A stretch of DNA of 64,000 bases. It comes from a phage. The stretch lies in sequence record PZ212788.1; one strand, 5' to 3'. Below are positions 8,471 through 15,329 of the stretch, one piece after another. How positions within the stretch are numbered: position 1 is the stretch's first letter; each line of letters opens with the position of its first letter. The position numbers and the translations under genes are program-made. The notes beneath the pieces are model-generated. The model saw only the letters and a list, made by a program, of their open reading frames with translations. It did not search any database and was not told where the DNA came from.

Positions 8471-9402
8471 TGCATATAGTCCTCGTTGTGAAAATAGCAA
8501 TCAAGTATCTCACGGCGTTCCTGCTCCAGGAGGCAGTTCCACACATCTTCTGTGTAATTGCTACGAATGAAGTTTACCATGCCATAAAACTCTTCGTCAA
8601 TACGTTTAAAGATATCATCATCCCAAATCTTCCAAGCTTTACCCCTCATTACGGCCTTCCGTGCCAAATAGTATGGAGACTTGATCTTCAGCTGCAGGTC
8701 ATAAGGGTAGTAAGGCTTACGGATCATATACCCTTCGCCCCTTGTTTCTGCAGCTAATTCTTTTGCATAGCTGAACGGGATTTCACGCACAGTGTGAGGA
8801 CGTTTTGCACCAAGGTATTTGGCAATCCCATCTAAAGCTGCTTCTGGTAGCATTATTCCAGAATCATTATATCTGCAACCTATCAAATATGCGCCATGGT
8901 CTTCTTGAACAATATGCGGATCTGAAGGGTGACAAATTTCAAACATGAATGTCATGTTTTCATTGCCCATAACCTTCTTGATAAGATCTAAATTACCACA
9001 TTGCTCTTGGATGGTTTCCTTTGCAAGGTTACAATATGGAGAATCAAGAGACCCGGTTGTTGAGAACAATAGGTCACCTTTATGAGATGATACCACACCA
9101 AGGAATCCGTTCTTTTTCTCTACCGCAGTCACAAGCTTATTGTCAGGCAGGTTGGTGGAGTTTTCTCCCAAGTTAAACACTTTTGTGAAGGGCCATGCCA
9201 CAACATTTCCTTCATTACCTACAACAATGCCTCGGCACTCCAGTAAACGAGGGGACAAATGCCATAAATTGTTGTAAAATACTTTTCTAGCATATTTATA
9301 GATCTTTAACCCGAGATCTGGGTAATACCTACTGGTTACAAGACCTTTATCAACTAGGTCGTCTGCATTAAAATACTTCATCATACGTTCCTCATTTGTC
9401 AT
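8467..9402 (-). CDS. rnlA: RNA ligase, T4 Rnl1 (RnlA)-like
   Basis: PRLLECRGIVVG and VFNLGEN align with T4 Rnl1 PDALECRGIMFE / FFNLNEN; nucleotidyltransferase motif I KKNGF, motif IV EGYMIRK, motif V LKIK. Confidence 0.75.
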   Translation of the reverse strand: MTNEERMMKYFNADDLVDKGLVTSRYYPDLGLKIYKYARKVFYNNLWHLSPRLLECRGIVVGNEGNVVAWPFTKVFNLGENSTNLPDNKLVTAVEKKNGFLGVVSSHKGDLLFSTTGSLDSPYCNLAKETIQEQCGNLDLIKKVMGNENMTFMFEICHPSDPHIVQEDHGAYLIGCRYNDSGIMLPEAALDGIAKYLGAKRPHTVREIPFSYAKELAAETRGEGYMIRKPYYPYDLQLKIKSPYYLARKAVMRGKAWKIWDDDIFKRIDEEFYGMVNFIRSNYTEDVWNCLLEQERREILDCYFHNEDYMQ

Positions 9403-9413
9403 TTTGTCAGTCT

Positions 9414-9442
9414 ATCCTGTCACACAAATAACCTAGTGTCAA
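9414..9442 (-). promoter_or_regulatory. candidate sigma70-like promoter for RNA ligase operon
   Basis: Minus-strand TTGACA-N17-CAGGAT; weak -10. Confidence 0.3.
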
Positions 9443-9445
9443 CAC

Positions 9446-9474
9446 TTGAAATTAACAAAACAGTTAGATATACT
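9446..9474 (+). promoter_or_regulatory. sigma70-like promoter TTGAAA-N17-TATACT
   Basis: Good -35/-10 with 17-nt spacer, back-to-back with minus promoter; lies upstream of GGGGG RBS and ATG 9503. Confidence 0.55.
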
Positions 9475-9502
9475 ATCGTTGAAATTAAAACGGGGGGTCA
9501 CT

Positions 9503-9913
9503 ATGTCTAAAATGCTATATATCGTGCGTGGTCTACCAGGGTCTGGCAAATCAACACTGGCAAATGCGCTATCTTTAGAGGGTCTGTATCCACATTTTGA
9601 GAACGACATGTTCTGGTATGACGATGACGGCAATTACAACTGGGATGCAAGTAAAGTAACACTCGCAGCGAAATGGTGCAAAGATAACGTAGAAGATATG
9701 ATGCGTATGGGATACGACCGTATCGTGGTAAGTAATACGTTTACAAAAGAAAAACATGTGCAGGAATATGTTGACATGGCAATCAGTCATGGGTATAGTT
9801 ATACCGTGATCGTGGTTGAAAACCGCCACGGTAATAAAAGCATTCATGATGTTCCAGACAAGGTTGTGGATCGTATGGAACGCCAGCTTAAAAACTGCAT
9901 TAAACTTAAATGA
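9503..9913 (+). CDS. P-loop polynucleotide kinase-like protein
   Basis: Walker A GLPGSGKST directly after start, size and layout like T4 Pnk kinase domain; start set at 9503 because ORF-track Met at 9446 lies upstream of the promoter -10. Confidence 0.6.
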   Translation: MSKMLYIVRGLPGSGKSTLANALSLEGLYPHFENDMFWYDDDGNYNWDASKVTLAAKWCKDNVEDMMRMGYDRIVVSNTFTKEKHVQEYVDMAISHGYSYTVIVVENRHGNKSIHDVPDKVVDRMERQLKNCIKLK

Positions 9914-9920
9914 GGAATGT

Positions 9921-10475
9921 ATGAAATACTTTGTAACAAGCGACACACACTTTCTCCACCAGCGGGTCATGGAGTTTGATTCATGTCAAAAACACAGATC
10001 TCAGTATGATCACAATCTTGACAGTATGAATGCGGGAATCATCGCCGAATGGAACTCTGTTGTGTCACCTGCAGACACTGTGTTCCACTTGGGAGATATT
10101 GCGTGCACTAATGATAAGAATATCAACAACTTACTTCCAGATATTCTAAATATGTTGAACGGACATATTATTCTTGTTCGTGGCAACCATGACACAAGGA
10201 CGACTGTCAGAATTATGAAAGAGTTCGGTCATGAGGTTGTAGATTATTACGAGCTTCGCCACAACAAGAATTTGATCTGTATGAGCCATTACCAATTTGC
10301 AAAGTGGAACAGAAAGCCTCACGGATCAGTCCAACTGTTCGGTCATGCTCACGGAACCACACAACAGTTGTTTGGCAGGCAGCTTGATGTCGGTTGGGAT
10401 GTGTGGGGGAGACTCTTACCATTAGAAGAGGCATACCGTATTGCAATGAGTTTTGCTATTGACAGCGGGGAGTAA
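9921..10475 (+). CDS. calcineurin-like metallophosphoesterase (candidate polynucleotide 3'-phosphatase)
   Basis: Motifs SDTHF, HLGDI, RGNHD, GHAH; GAGG RBS; start 9921 eight nt after kinase stop. Confidence 0.6.
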   Translation: MKYFVTSDTHFLHQRVMEFDSCQKHRSQYDHNLDSMNAGIIAEWNSVVSPADTVFHLGDIACTNDKNINNLLPDILNMLNGHIILVRGNHDTRTTVRIMKEFGHEVVDYYELRHNKNLICMSHYQFAKWNRKPHGSVQLFGHAHGTTQQLFGRQLDVGWDVWGRLLPLEEAYRIAMSFAIDSGE

Positions 10476-10522
10476 TCCCTGCTATTTTAAAGAAAATTGC
10501 CACACAAGGAGAATCAGGAGAT

Positions 10523-10873
10523 ATGAAAGATGGGGATAAGCTGCTATATCTTAAAGTCCCCCTTGAAATACTGTCTATGTCAAAAGTTTTGAATGACACA
10601 ACTGGAGAGGTTGTTGTTCTTGACTTGTATGACAAGATCGTATACTGCTACCTGCACAACTGGTATAAGCTTGGAGGAAATTCACGCTTCACACCCAGCA
10701 CAAGGAAAATTGCAGCAGATGTTGGGATAAAGAAAACAAAAGCAGCAGCGTGCGTTAAAACTTTAGAGTGTGCAGGGGTGGTTGAAACATCCACACAAGG
10801 GAGAGGTAAAAGATGCACATTTTCCAAAGTTTTGCCACCAGAAGAAGTTATTCGGATGTCAACAACTGGTTAG
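10523..10873 (+). CDS. winged-helix/HTH DNA-binding protein (candidate iteron-binding protein)
   Basis: HTH-like segment STRKIAADVGIKKTKAAACVKTLECAGVVE; gene directly precedes iteron array. Confidence 0.4.
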   Translation: MKDGDKLLYLKVPLEILSMSKVLNDTTGEVVVLDLYDKIVYCYLHNWYKLGGNSRFTPSTRKIAADVGIKKTKAAACVKTLECAGVVETSTQGRGKRCTFSKVLPPEEVIRMSTTG

Positions 10874-10947
10874 ACCAGTAAAAACTTAAATATCTGTACT
10901 ATAAGGATTCGTATGTTTTATGTTCGCTCTAGAATAGAGGTCAGTAA

Positions 10948-11030
10948 CTGTCCGTGATACGGACACTACTGTCCGTCACGCGGACACATCTGCCCGTAAT
11001 ACGGACACTAACTGTCCGTGATACGGACAC
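10948..11030. repeat. iteron array: four direct copies of 19-bp palindromic site CTGTCCGTGATACGGACAC at 21-22 bp spacing
   Basis: Copies at 10948-10966, 10969-10987, 10990-11008, 11012-11030; copies 1 and 4 identical; each has TGTCCG/CGGACA arms around a 5-nt spacer. Confidence 0.8.
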
Positions 11031-11534
11031 ATAAAGAATATAACTAAAATAACTAAATAATAAAAAATAAAAGATCTAGTACTTATGGTACTAAAGTACA
11101 TATACTTAACTTATGTAGAATATACTAGATCCTAAGTACCATGTTTTAAATTTATTACTTACTATAGGTAGTGTCGGCCCTTCATTGGCACTCGCCTACG
11201 AGGGGCGAGATGCCGGGCCTCCATAGTGCACACAATAACAGAAGTGCATACATGCAGGTCTGTTAACATGTGTGGGAGCGAAGCGATAGCGCAGGCCAAA
11301 GGCCGAGCACTAATGTGGACCACCGACGAAAGCTTGCCAGCGCCGTAAGGAGTCGGTTGAGAGCCTCCCGCGCGAGTTTGGATAAAGTTTATGTGTGGAA
11401 ACTGACAAGAAGGCCCCTAAATCGCTCCACAGCTATATAAACTATACCAAGTAAGGCAATCGCACCAGTTTGATAGAAAAGCTCGTTACAAAGCGATACA
11501 GTGAGTTTTTCTATAACTTGAAGAGGAGTCTGCT

Positions 11535-12113
11535 ATGAGTTCACGCAAAGATGCCAGTGAAAAGATTGCAAAACGTTATCAGAATGAAGAACAGATGGAG
11601 AAAACTTTCAAGTGGAAGCCAGGTTTCCAGCGTAATCATTCTAACGCTCGTGATCGTAAGCATCCTGATAAGTGGCTAACACCGCCAAATGATGGCATGC
11701 AGGTTGGTGATGAGAAGGAGCTATCACCTGGAAAAGATGGCAACTACATTCGCACTAAGGACGCTAGTCCAAAGGATGACAGCTATCTTGTAGATAAGGT
11801 TCTTAATGGTATTGATGTAGATGTTGACACTACACGGAACTTTTTTCTTGGGTGGTATCGCACAGGTTTTTTCGACATCAAGGCCATTCGTCGTGTTTGT
11901 GATATTAAAAAGTCTGCATATGATGACGACTCGTTACATCGCACACTGAGACAATATTCAGAAAGATATGGTCATCCGGTTATCACTCTTGACGATGTTA
12001 ACGAAGTGATGTATCATGCAGAGGTTGTTGCAGGCAGATTTGGTGATGCATATCTTGATATCCTTTCTGCAAACGATGAGGTAATGTTGAATAAGATTTA
12101 CTACGAACGTTGA
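11535..12113 (+). CDS. hypothetical protein
   Basis: ORF with GAGGAG RBS. Confidence 0.45.
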   Translation: MSSRKDASEKIAKRYQNEEQMEKTFKWKPGFQRNHSNARDRKHPDKWLTPPNDGMQVGDEKELSPGKDGNYIRTKDASPKDDSYLVDKVLNGIDVDVDTTRNFFLGWYRTGFFDIKAIRRVCDIKKSAYDDDSLHRTLRQYSERYGHPVITLDDVNEVMYHAEVVAGRFGDAYLDILSANDEVMLNKIYYER

Positions 12114-12123
12114 GGAGAGCTTA

Positions 12124-12312
12124 ATGAACAATCCGGTAGCAAAGAATTGTAATAAGTTCAACAAGTCTGCAATTCACACTGACAGGAAAAAGAGCTGGTC
12201 ACCGGACATTGACGAGGAGCTTGAGAATTACTTTGAAGATCTGGTTACCAATGCAGGTGAGGTTGCGATTAAAGAATACGCAGACAGGAGGGATAAGGCC
12301 GGAATCTGTTGA
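12124..12312 (+). CDS. hypothetical small protein
   Basis: ORF with GAGGAG RBS. Confidence 0.35.
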   Translation: MNNPVAKNCNKFNKSAIHTDRKKSWSPDIDEELENYFEDLVTNAGEVAIKEYADRRDKAGIC

Positions 12313-12337
12313 CAAAAATAATGTTACCTGATAAGAT
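12309..12337 (+). promoter_or_regulatory. sigma70-like promoter TTGACA-N17-TAAGAT
   Basis: Consensus -35, 17-nt spacer. Confidence 0.45.
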
Positions 12338-12388
12338 CTGCAATATGATGTGATACAATTTTAACTTACGAGGTCTACAGGTAATGCT

Positions 12389-12631
12389 ATGTTTAAGGTT
12401 AAGCTCGTTTTCCGTTCCATGAATGAGGATTATTTAGAAGATGAAGGTGAATTTCGTGCACTAGATGATGCAATAGATTTTGCCAACGACTTAGCTTGTA
12501 TGAATACGGGTTATGGGTTATGCTGTTGGGATGGTGGTGTTCAGATCGGTGATAGCAAGATCTTCTACTTCTACCCTGAGCCTGATAACAAACAAATTAA
12601 GTATGTTTTATTTATTTGTGCTTTACAATGA
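12389..12631 (+). CDS. hypothetical protein
   Basis: ORF downstream of promoter 12309-12337. Confidence 0.4.
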   Translation: MFKVKLVFRSMNEDYLEDEGEFRALDDAIDFANDLACMNTGYGLCCWDGGVQIGDSKIFYFYPEPDNKQIKYVLFICALQ

Positions 12632-12919
12632 GGTTGTTTTCGTGTATCATGATGAATATCCAATTTAAAGATGAGTTTGATGGCTTTATCTCCGGATGCT
12701 TTGAAACAGGGTTCGGAGAAGGCTGAGTTCCCCTTAGAGGGCTTGATAGTGCACCACACTTAAAATGGTAGGGGCAGCCAGCACATGACGATGTGACCCC
12801 AGCCAACCTGTAATAAGGTCGAGCCAGAGCGCGGTAATGGGTATCTGGTAACCCACTTGTTGGGTCTTGCTGGTCCAGGACGCTGGGCAAGTCGCAGGGA
12901 ATACCACCCTGCGGCGAAC

Positions 12920-12948
12920 TTGACAATCAGTATTTGCCGTGATAAAAT
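12920..12948 (+). promoter_or_regulatory. sigma70-like promoter TTGACA-N17-TAAAAT with extended -10 (TGa)
   Basis: Consensus -35, 17-nt spacer, TG at -15/-14. Confidence 0.5.
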
Positions 12949-12965
12949 CCACCTATCACGTGATA
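12938..12965. promoter_or_regulatory. operator-like palindrome: CGTGATA half-site plus perfect 12-bp palindrome TATCACGTGATA
   Basis: Overlaps the -10 and extends toward the RBS of CDS 12977; GTGATA core also present in the iterons. Confidence 0.45.
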
Positions 12966-12976
12966 ATGGAGGAAAC

Positions 12977-13315
12977 ATGGCGGATACAACTAAAAAGCGT
13001 CGCCGTAGAGGCAGACCTCTGAAAGAGGAGTCCAACGCCATTCAGCTAGAGAAGAACATTCTTGATATGAAGGAATCTTTTATAGCGATGGTTCCAGAAG
13101 CTCACAAAGTTTTAAGAGAGCTGATGTTGGACCCGAAAACCAAACAAAATATTCGTCAAAGCATTGCAGAGTATGTTCTTGATAAGGCAGACCGAATGCA
13201 GGAAGAATATGATGAGATGTTTGGTGAAGAGGAAGAGGTGGTAGTGGAAGAGGCTGAAAAACCAGCACCTTTTATGCCATTTACCACAGAAATACAGCCT
13301 GTTGGCAATAGTTAA
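12977..13315 (+). CDS. hypothetical protein with basic N-terminus (KKRRRRGRP) and acidic C-terminus
   Basis: GGAGG RBS 4 nt upstream of ATG 12977; ORF-track Met at 12857 lies upstream of promoter. Confidence 0.4.
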   Translation: MADTTKKRRRRGRPLKEESNAIQLEKNILDMKESFIAMVPEAHKVLRELMLDPKTKQNIRQSIAEYVLDKADRMQEEYDEMFGEEEEVVVEEAEKPAPFMPFTTEIQPVGNS

Positions 13316-13324
13316 AATATTTTC

Positions 13325-13353
13325 TTGACAAACTTTGCCTAACAGTGTAATAT
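13325..13353 (+). promoter_or_regulatory. sigma70-like promoter TTGACA-N17-TAATAT upstream of tRNA cluster
   Basis: Consensus -35 and near-consensus -10 about 60 nt before first tRNA. Confidence 0.55.
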
Positions 13354-13411
13354 TATAAACATGGTCTCCCACCTTTTCTGGCGGCTCAGGTGTAAAAGAA
13401 AGCCACCCAGT

Positions 13412-13486
13412 GCCCTGTTAGCTTAGTGGATAAAGCAGCGGCCTTCTAAGCCGTTGACACTGGTTCGAGTCCAGTACGGGGTGCCA
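13412..13486 (+). tRNA. tRNA-Arg (anticodon TCT)
   Basis: Hand-folded cloverleaf: acceptor GCCCTGT/ACGGGGT, D arm GCTT/AAGC, anticodon stem GCGGC/GCCGT with loop CTTCTAA, T arm ACTGG-TTCGAGT-CCAGT, discriminator G, encoded CCA. Confidence 0.8.
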
Positions 13487-13490
13487 AATT

Positions 13491-13577
13491 GGGGAGTTAT
13501 CCCGTAGGGGTAGCGGTGTAGACTGTAAATCTATTGTCATTGCGACTCGGGTGGTTCGACTCCACCACTCCCCACCA
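13491..13577 (+). tRNA. tRNA-Tyr (anticodon GTA), type II
   Basis: Acceptor GGGGAGT/ACTCCCC, anticodon loop CTGTAAA, long variable arm, T arm GGTGG-TTCGACT-CCACC, CCA encoded. Confidence 0.8.
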
Positions 13578-13692
13578 AATTTATAGTTTTAAATGCATAA
13601 ATCATACAGATAATGGCATTGATATTTATCGTCGTTTATACTAGTCACTAACTGCTCGAAAATCAGTGTCATTATCAGTATTGTTTATAAAT

Positions 13693-13778
13693 GAGGGTAG
13701 GGAGCAATGGTGCTCAAGCGGTCTTGAAAACCGTCCCGTTGAGGATGACTTGATGATGGTTCGATTCCATTACCCTCA
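13693..13778 (+). tRNA. tRNA-Ser (anticodon TGA), type II
   Basis: Acceptor GAGGGTA/TACCCTC, anticodon stem GCGGT/ACCGT with loop CTTGAAA, long variable arm, T arm ATGG-TTCGATT-CCAT. Confidence 0.75.
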
Positions 13779-13879
13779 GCCATATTGTTGACCTTGTAAT
13801 TAATCGAAAGCCGGAAGCAGAACCGGATTATCAAATGTTACAGTCGTCATCGCCGACTAGCAACATGGTCAACATACTG

Positions 13880-13976
13880 AGCTAGGTAAGCCCTTTGGCA
13901 AGGGCGAGGATTTTTAATCCTGAAAATAGACGAGGTAGTCGTTGAATACATAGGTGGTTCGATTCCATCACCTAGC
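13880..13976 (+). tRNA. atypical tRNA-like element (97 nt), anticodon hairpin presenting TTT (Lys-like), with about 30-nt variable-region insertion
   Basis: Acceptor GCTAGGT/ACCTAGC, D arm GCCC-TTTGGCAA-GGGC, hairpin AGGA-TTTTTAA-TCCT, T arm GGTGG-TTCGATT-CCATC; too long for canonical tRNA. Confidence 0.4.
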
Positions 13977-13985
13977 ACCTTTTTT

Positions 13986-14061
13986 GCTGATGTAGCACAA
14001 TTGGTAGTGCAATTGATTTGTAATCAATAGGTTGCAGGTTCAAGTCCTGCCATCAGCACCA
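13986..14061 (+). tRNA. tRNA-Thr (anticodon TGT)
   Basis: Acceptor GCTGATG/CATCAGC, D arm GCAC-AATTGGTA-GTGC, anticodon stem ATTGA/TCAAT with loop TTTGTAA, T arm GCAGG-TTCAAGT-CCTGC, CCA encoded. Confidence 0.8.
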
Positions 14062-14062
14062 T

Positions 14063-14137
14063 GGCCCTGTAGCTGGAAGGTTCAAGCAAGCGACTCATAA
14101 TCGCCAGACGGTGGTTCAATTCCACCCAGGGCCACCA
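14063..14137 (+). tRNA. tRNA-Met or tRNA-Ile2 (anticodon CAT)
   Basis: Acceptor GGCCCTG/CAGGGCC, anticodon loop CTCATAA, T arm GTGG-TTCAATT-CCAC, CCA encoded. Confidence 0.7.
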
Positions 14138-14148
14138 AATAATAAATA

Positions 14149-14225
14149 CTCCGCGTAGCTCAGCTTGGTAGAGCGCCTGATTTGGGATCAGGAGGTCGAG
14201 TGTTCGAATCACTCCGTGGAGACCA
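14149..14225 (+). tRNA. tRNA-Pro (anticodon TGG)
   Basis: Acceptor CTCCGCG/CGTGGAG, D arm GCTC-AGCTTGGTA-GAGC, anticodon stem CCTGA/TCAGG with loop TTTGGGA, T arm GAGTG-TTCGAAT-CACTC, CCA encoded. Confidence 0.8.
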
Positions 14226-14271
14226 CTTTCAGTTATACTTTAAACATATACAAACAAAAGGAACCTTTAAA

Positions 14272-14541
14272 ATGTATACACTTAAAATTGTAGAGCGTGT
14301 AAATCCAACCCATACCGTAGATTTTCGTGACGATTTCAATCCTCTGGCTGTAAATCTTCGAGAGTCATATCATGAACTCAGCTGCGATGCAGTGGTGGTC
14401 TTTTTTGAAGACAACTCTGAAGGGGCGGTAGCTTGTGTTGTTGATAGTGAGCAGAAGTTTTATATTTACAGAGATGTAGATGCATACTTGATGAATGAAA
14501 ATGCAGTTACTGTTAGAATCATCCACCGAGTGCCTCGATAA
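14272..14541 (+). CDS. hypothetical protein
   Basis: ATG 14272 preceded by AAAAGGAA; ORF-track start at 14182 would overlap tRNA-Pro. Confidence 0.4.
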   Translation: MYTLKIVERVNPTHTVDFRDDFNPLAVNLRESYHELSCDAVVVFFEDNSEGAVACVVDSEQKFYIYRDVDAYLMNENAVTVRIIHRVPR

Positions 14542-14597
14542 GTATTAGTCTCCTTTTAGTTAGTTTCGATCTATTTAGGTTACTCAATTTTAACCCG

Positions 14598-14628
14598 CCC
14601 CGTTAGCTGTATAGCTGCGGGGTTTTTT
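14598..14628 (+). terminator. rho-independent terminator
   Basis: GC-rich hairpin CCCCG..AGCT/AGCT..CGGGG followed by TTTTTT. Confidence 0.6.
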
Positions 14629-14646
14629 CGTTTCTGGAGCCTTAAA

Positions 14647-15045
14647 ATGATTTCAGTTTTAACATGGCTGAGCAGGTATAGAGGGATCATAAAAGGTTTA
14701 GTTTTTGCAGCTGCGATAGGTACAGCTTATCTTGGGGCCGTGTATTGGTTTAACTCTAAGCTTAATGATGCCTACCAAGAAGGTGTGTCAGCAACAGAGT
14801 TAAAGTGGGAACGGATCCTTGATCAGCAACAAAAGCAGGCCGACAAAATTAAAATGGGCCACGCAGAGGAGGTTAAAAACCTTGAAAAATCCCTTTCTGA
14901 TCTACAGGATAAATTAAATATGGCTGAGAAGGCAGGTAAAGAAAAGCAGATTATCTACCTCCAATCACCTGAAGGTAAGAAGTCAACACTTCCTGATCAG
15001 CTTATAGATATTTATAATGAGAGTATCAATCAGGAGGATCGATGA
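14647..15045 (+). CDS. i-spanin (Rz-like)
   Basis: N-terminal TM helix followed by coiled-coil periplasmic domain; stop overlaps lipoprotein gene. Confidence 0.5.
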   Translation: MISVLTWLSRYRGIIKGLVFAAAIGTAYLGAVYWFNSKLNDAYQEGVSATELKWERILDQQQKQADKIKMGHAEEVKNLEKSLSDLQDKLNMAEKAGKEKQIIYLQSPEGKKSTLPDQLIDIYNESINQEDR

Positions 15046-15329
15046 GAGTTGCTACACTGTTTATTGCGTGCTTGTTATTATGTGGGTGTGCAACCAGTGT
15101 TGAGAAAGAATACAAGATTGACCCTCCAGATGTAGGAAGGTTGATTGTTAAACCCCCAGAAGGTGCCATGAAACCACCTGCTAAAGCTATGCCTTTGAAG
15201 AAAGGTGCGCCAGATGCAGTGAACTCTGGCATTATGAGGGATAATAATTTGTCTTGTAGCAATGATAGAGCTAAATTGATCATTTTGCAAGACTATATTA
15301 GAACACTGTTTCCAAAGGAGAGAGGTTAA
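15042..15329 (+). CDS. o-spanin (Rz1-like outer-membrane lipoprotein)
   Basis: Signal peptide with lipobox LLCGCA, proline-rich mature part, AGGAGG RBS. Confidence 0.55.
   Translation: MRVATLFIACLLLCGCATSVEKEYKIDPPDVGRLIVKPPEGAMKPPAKAMPLKKGAPDAVNSGIMRDNNLSCSNDRAKLIILQDYIRTLFPKERG

Noticed and set aside
9446-9502. Upstream Met start for the kinase ORF (MKLTKQ...)
   Set aside because: The promoter -10 (9469-9474) lies inside this extension and a GGGGG RBS precedes ATG 9503, so the downstream start is preferred; the same logic was applied to 12857 and 18445.
10946-11035. Possible CRISPR array
   Set aside because: Only four repeats with 2-3 nt between them and palindromic repeat units; this is an iteron/operator array, and no cas genes are present.
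12571-13041. Four mutually overlapping minus-strand ORFs (62-104 aa)
   Set aside because: All fall in a GC-rich noncoding island, overlap each other and a promoter/operator, and lack RBS; treated as non-coding.
14024-14212. 62-aa minus-strand ORF in the six-frame track
   Set aside because: Lies entirely over tRNA-Thr, tRNA-Met and tRNA-Pro; an artefact of structured RNA sequence.
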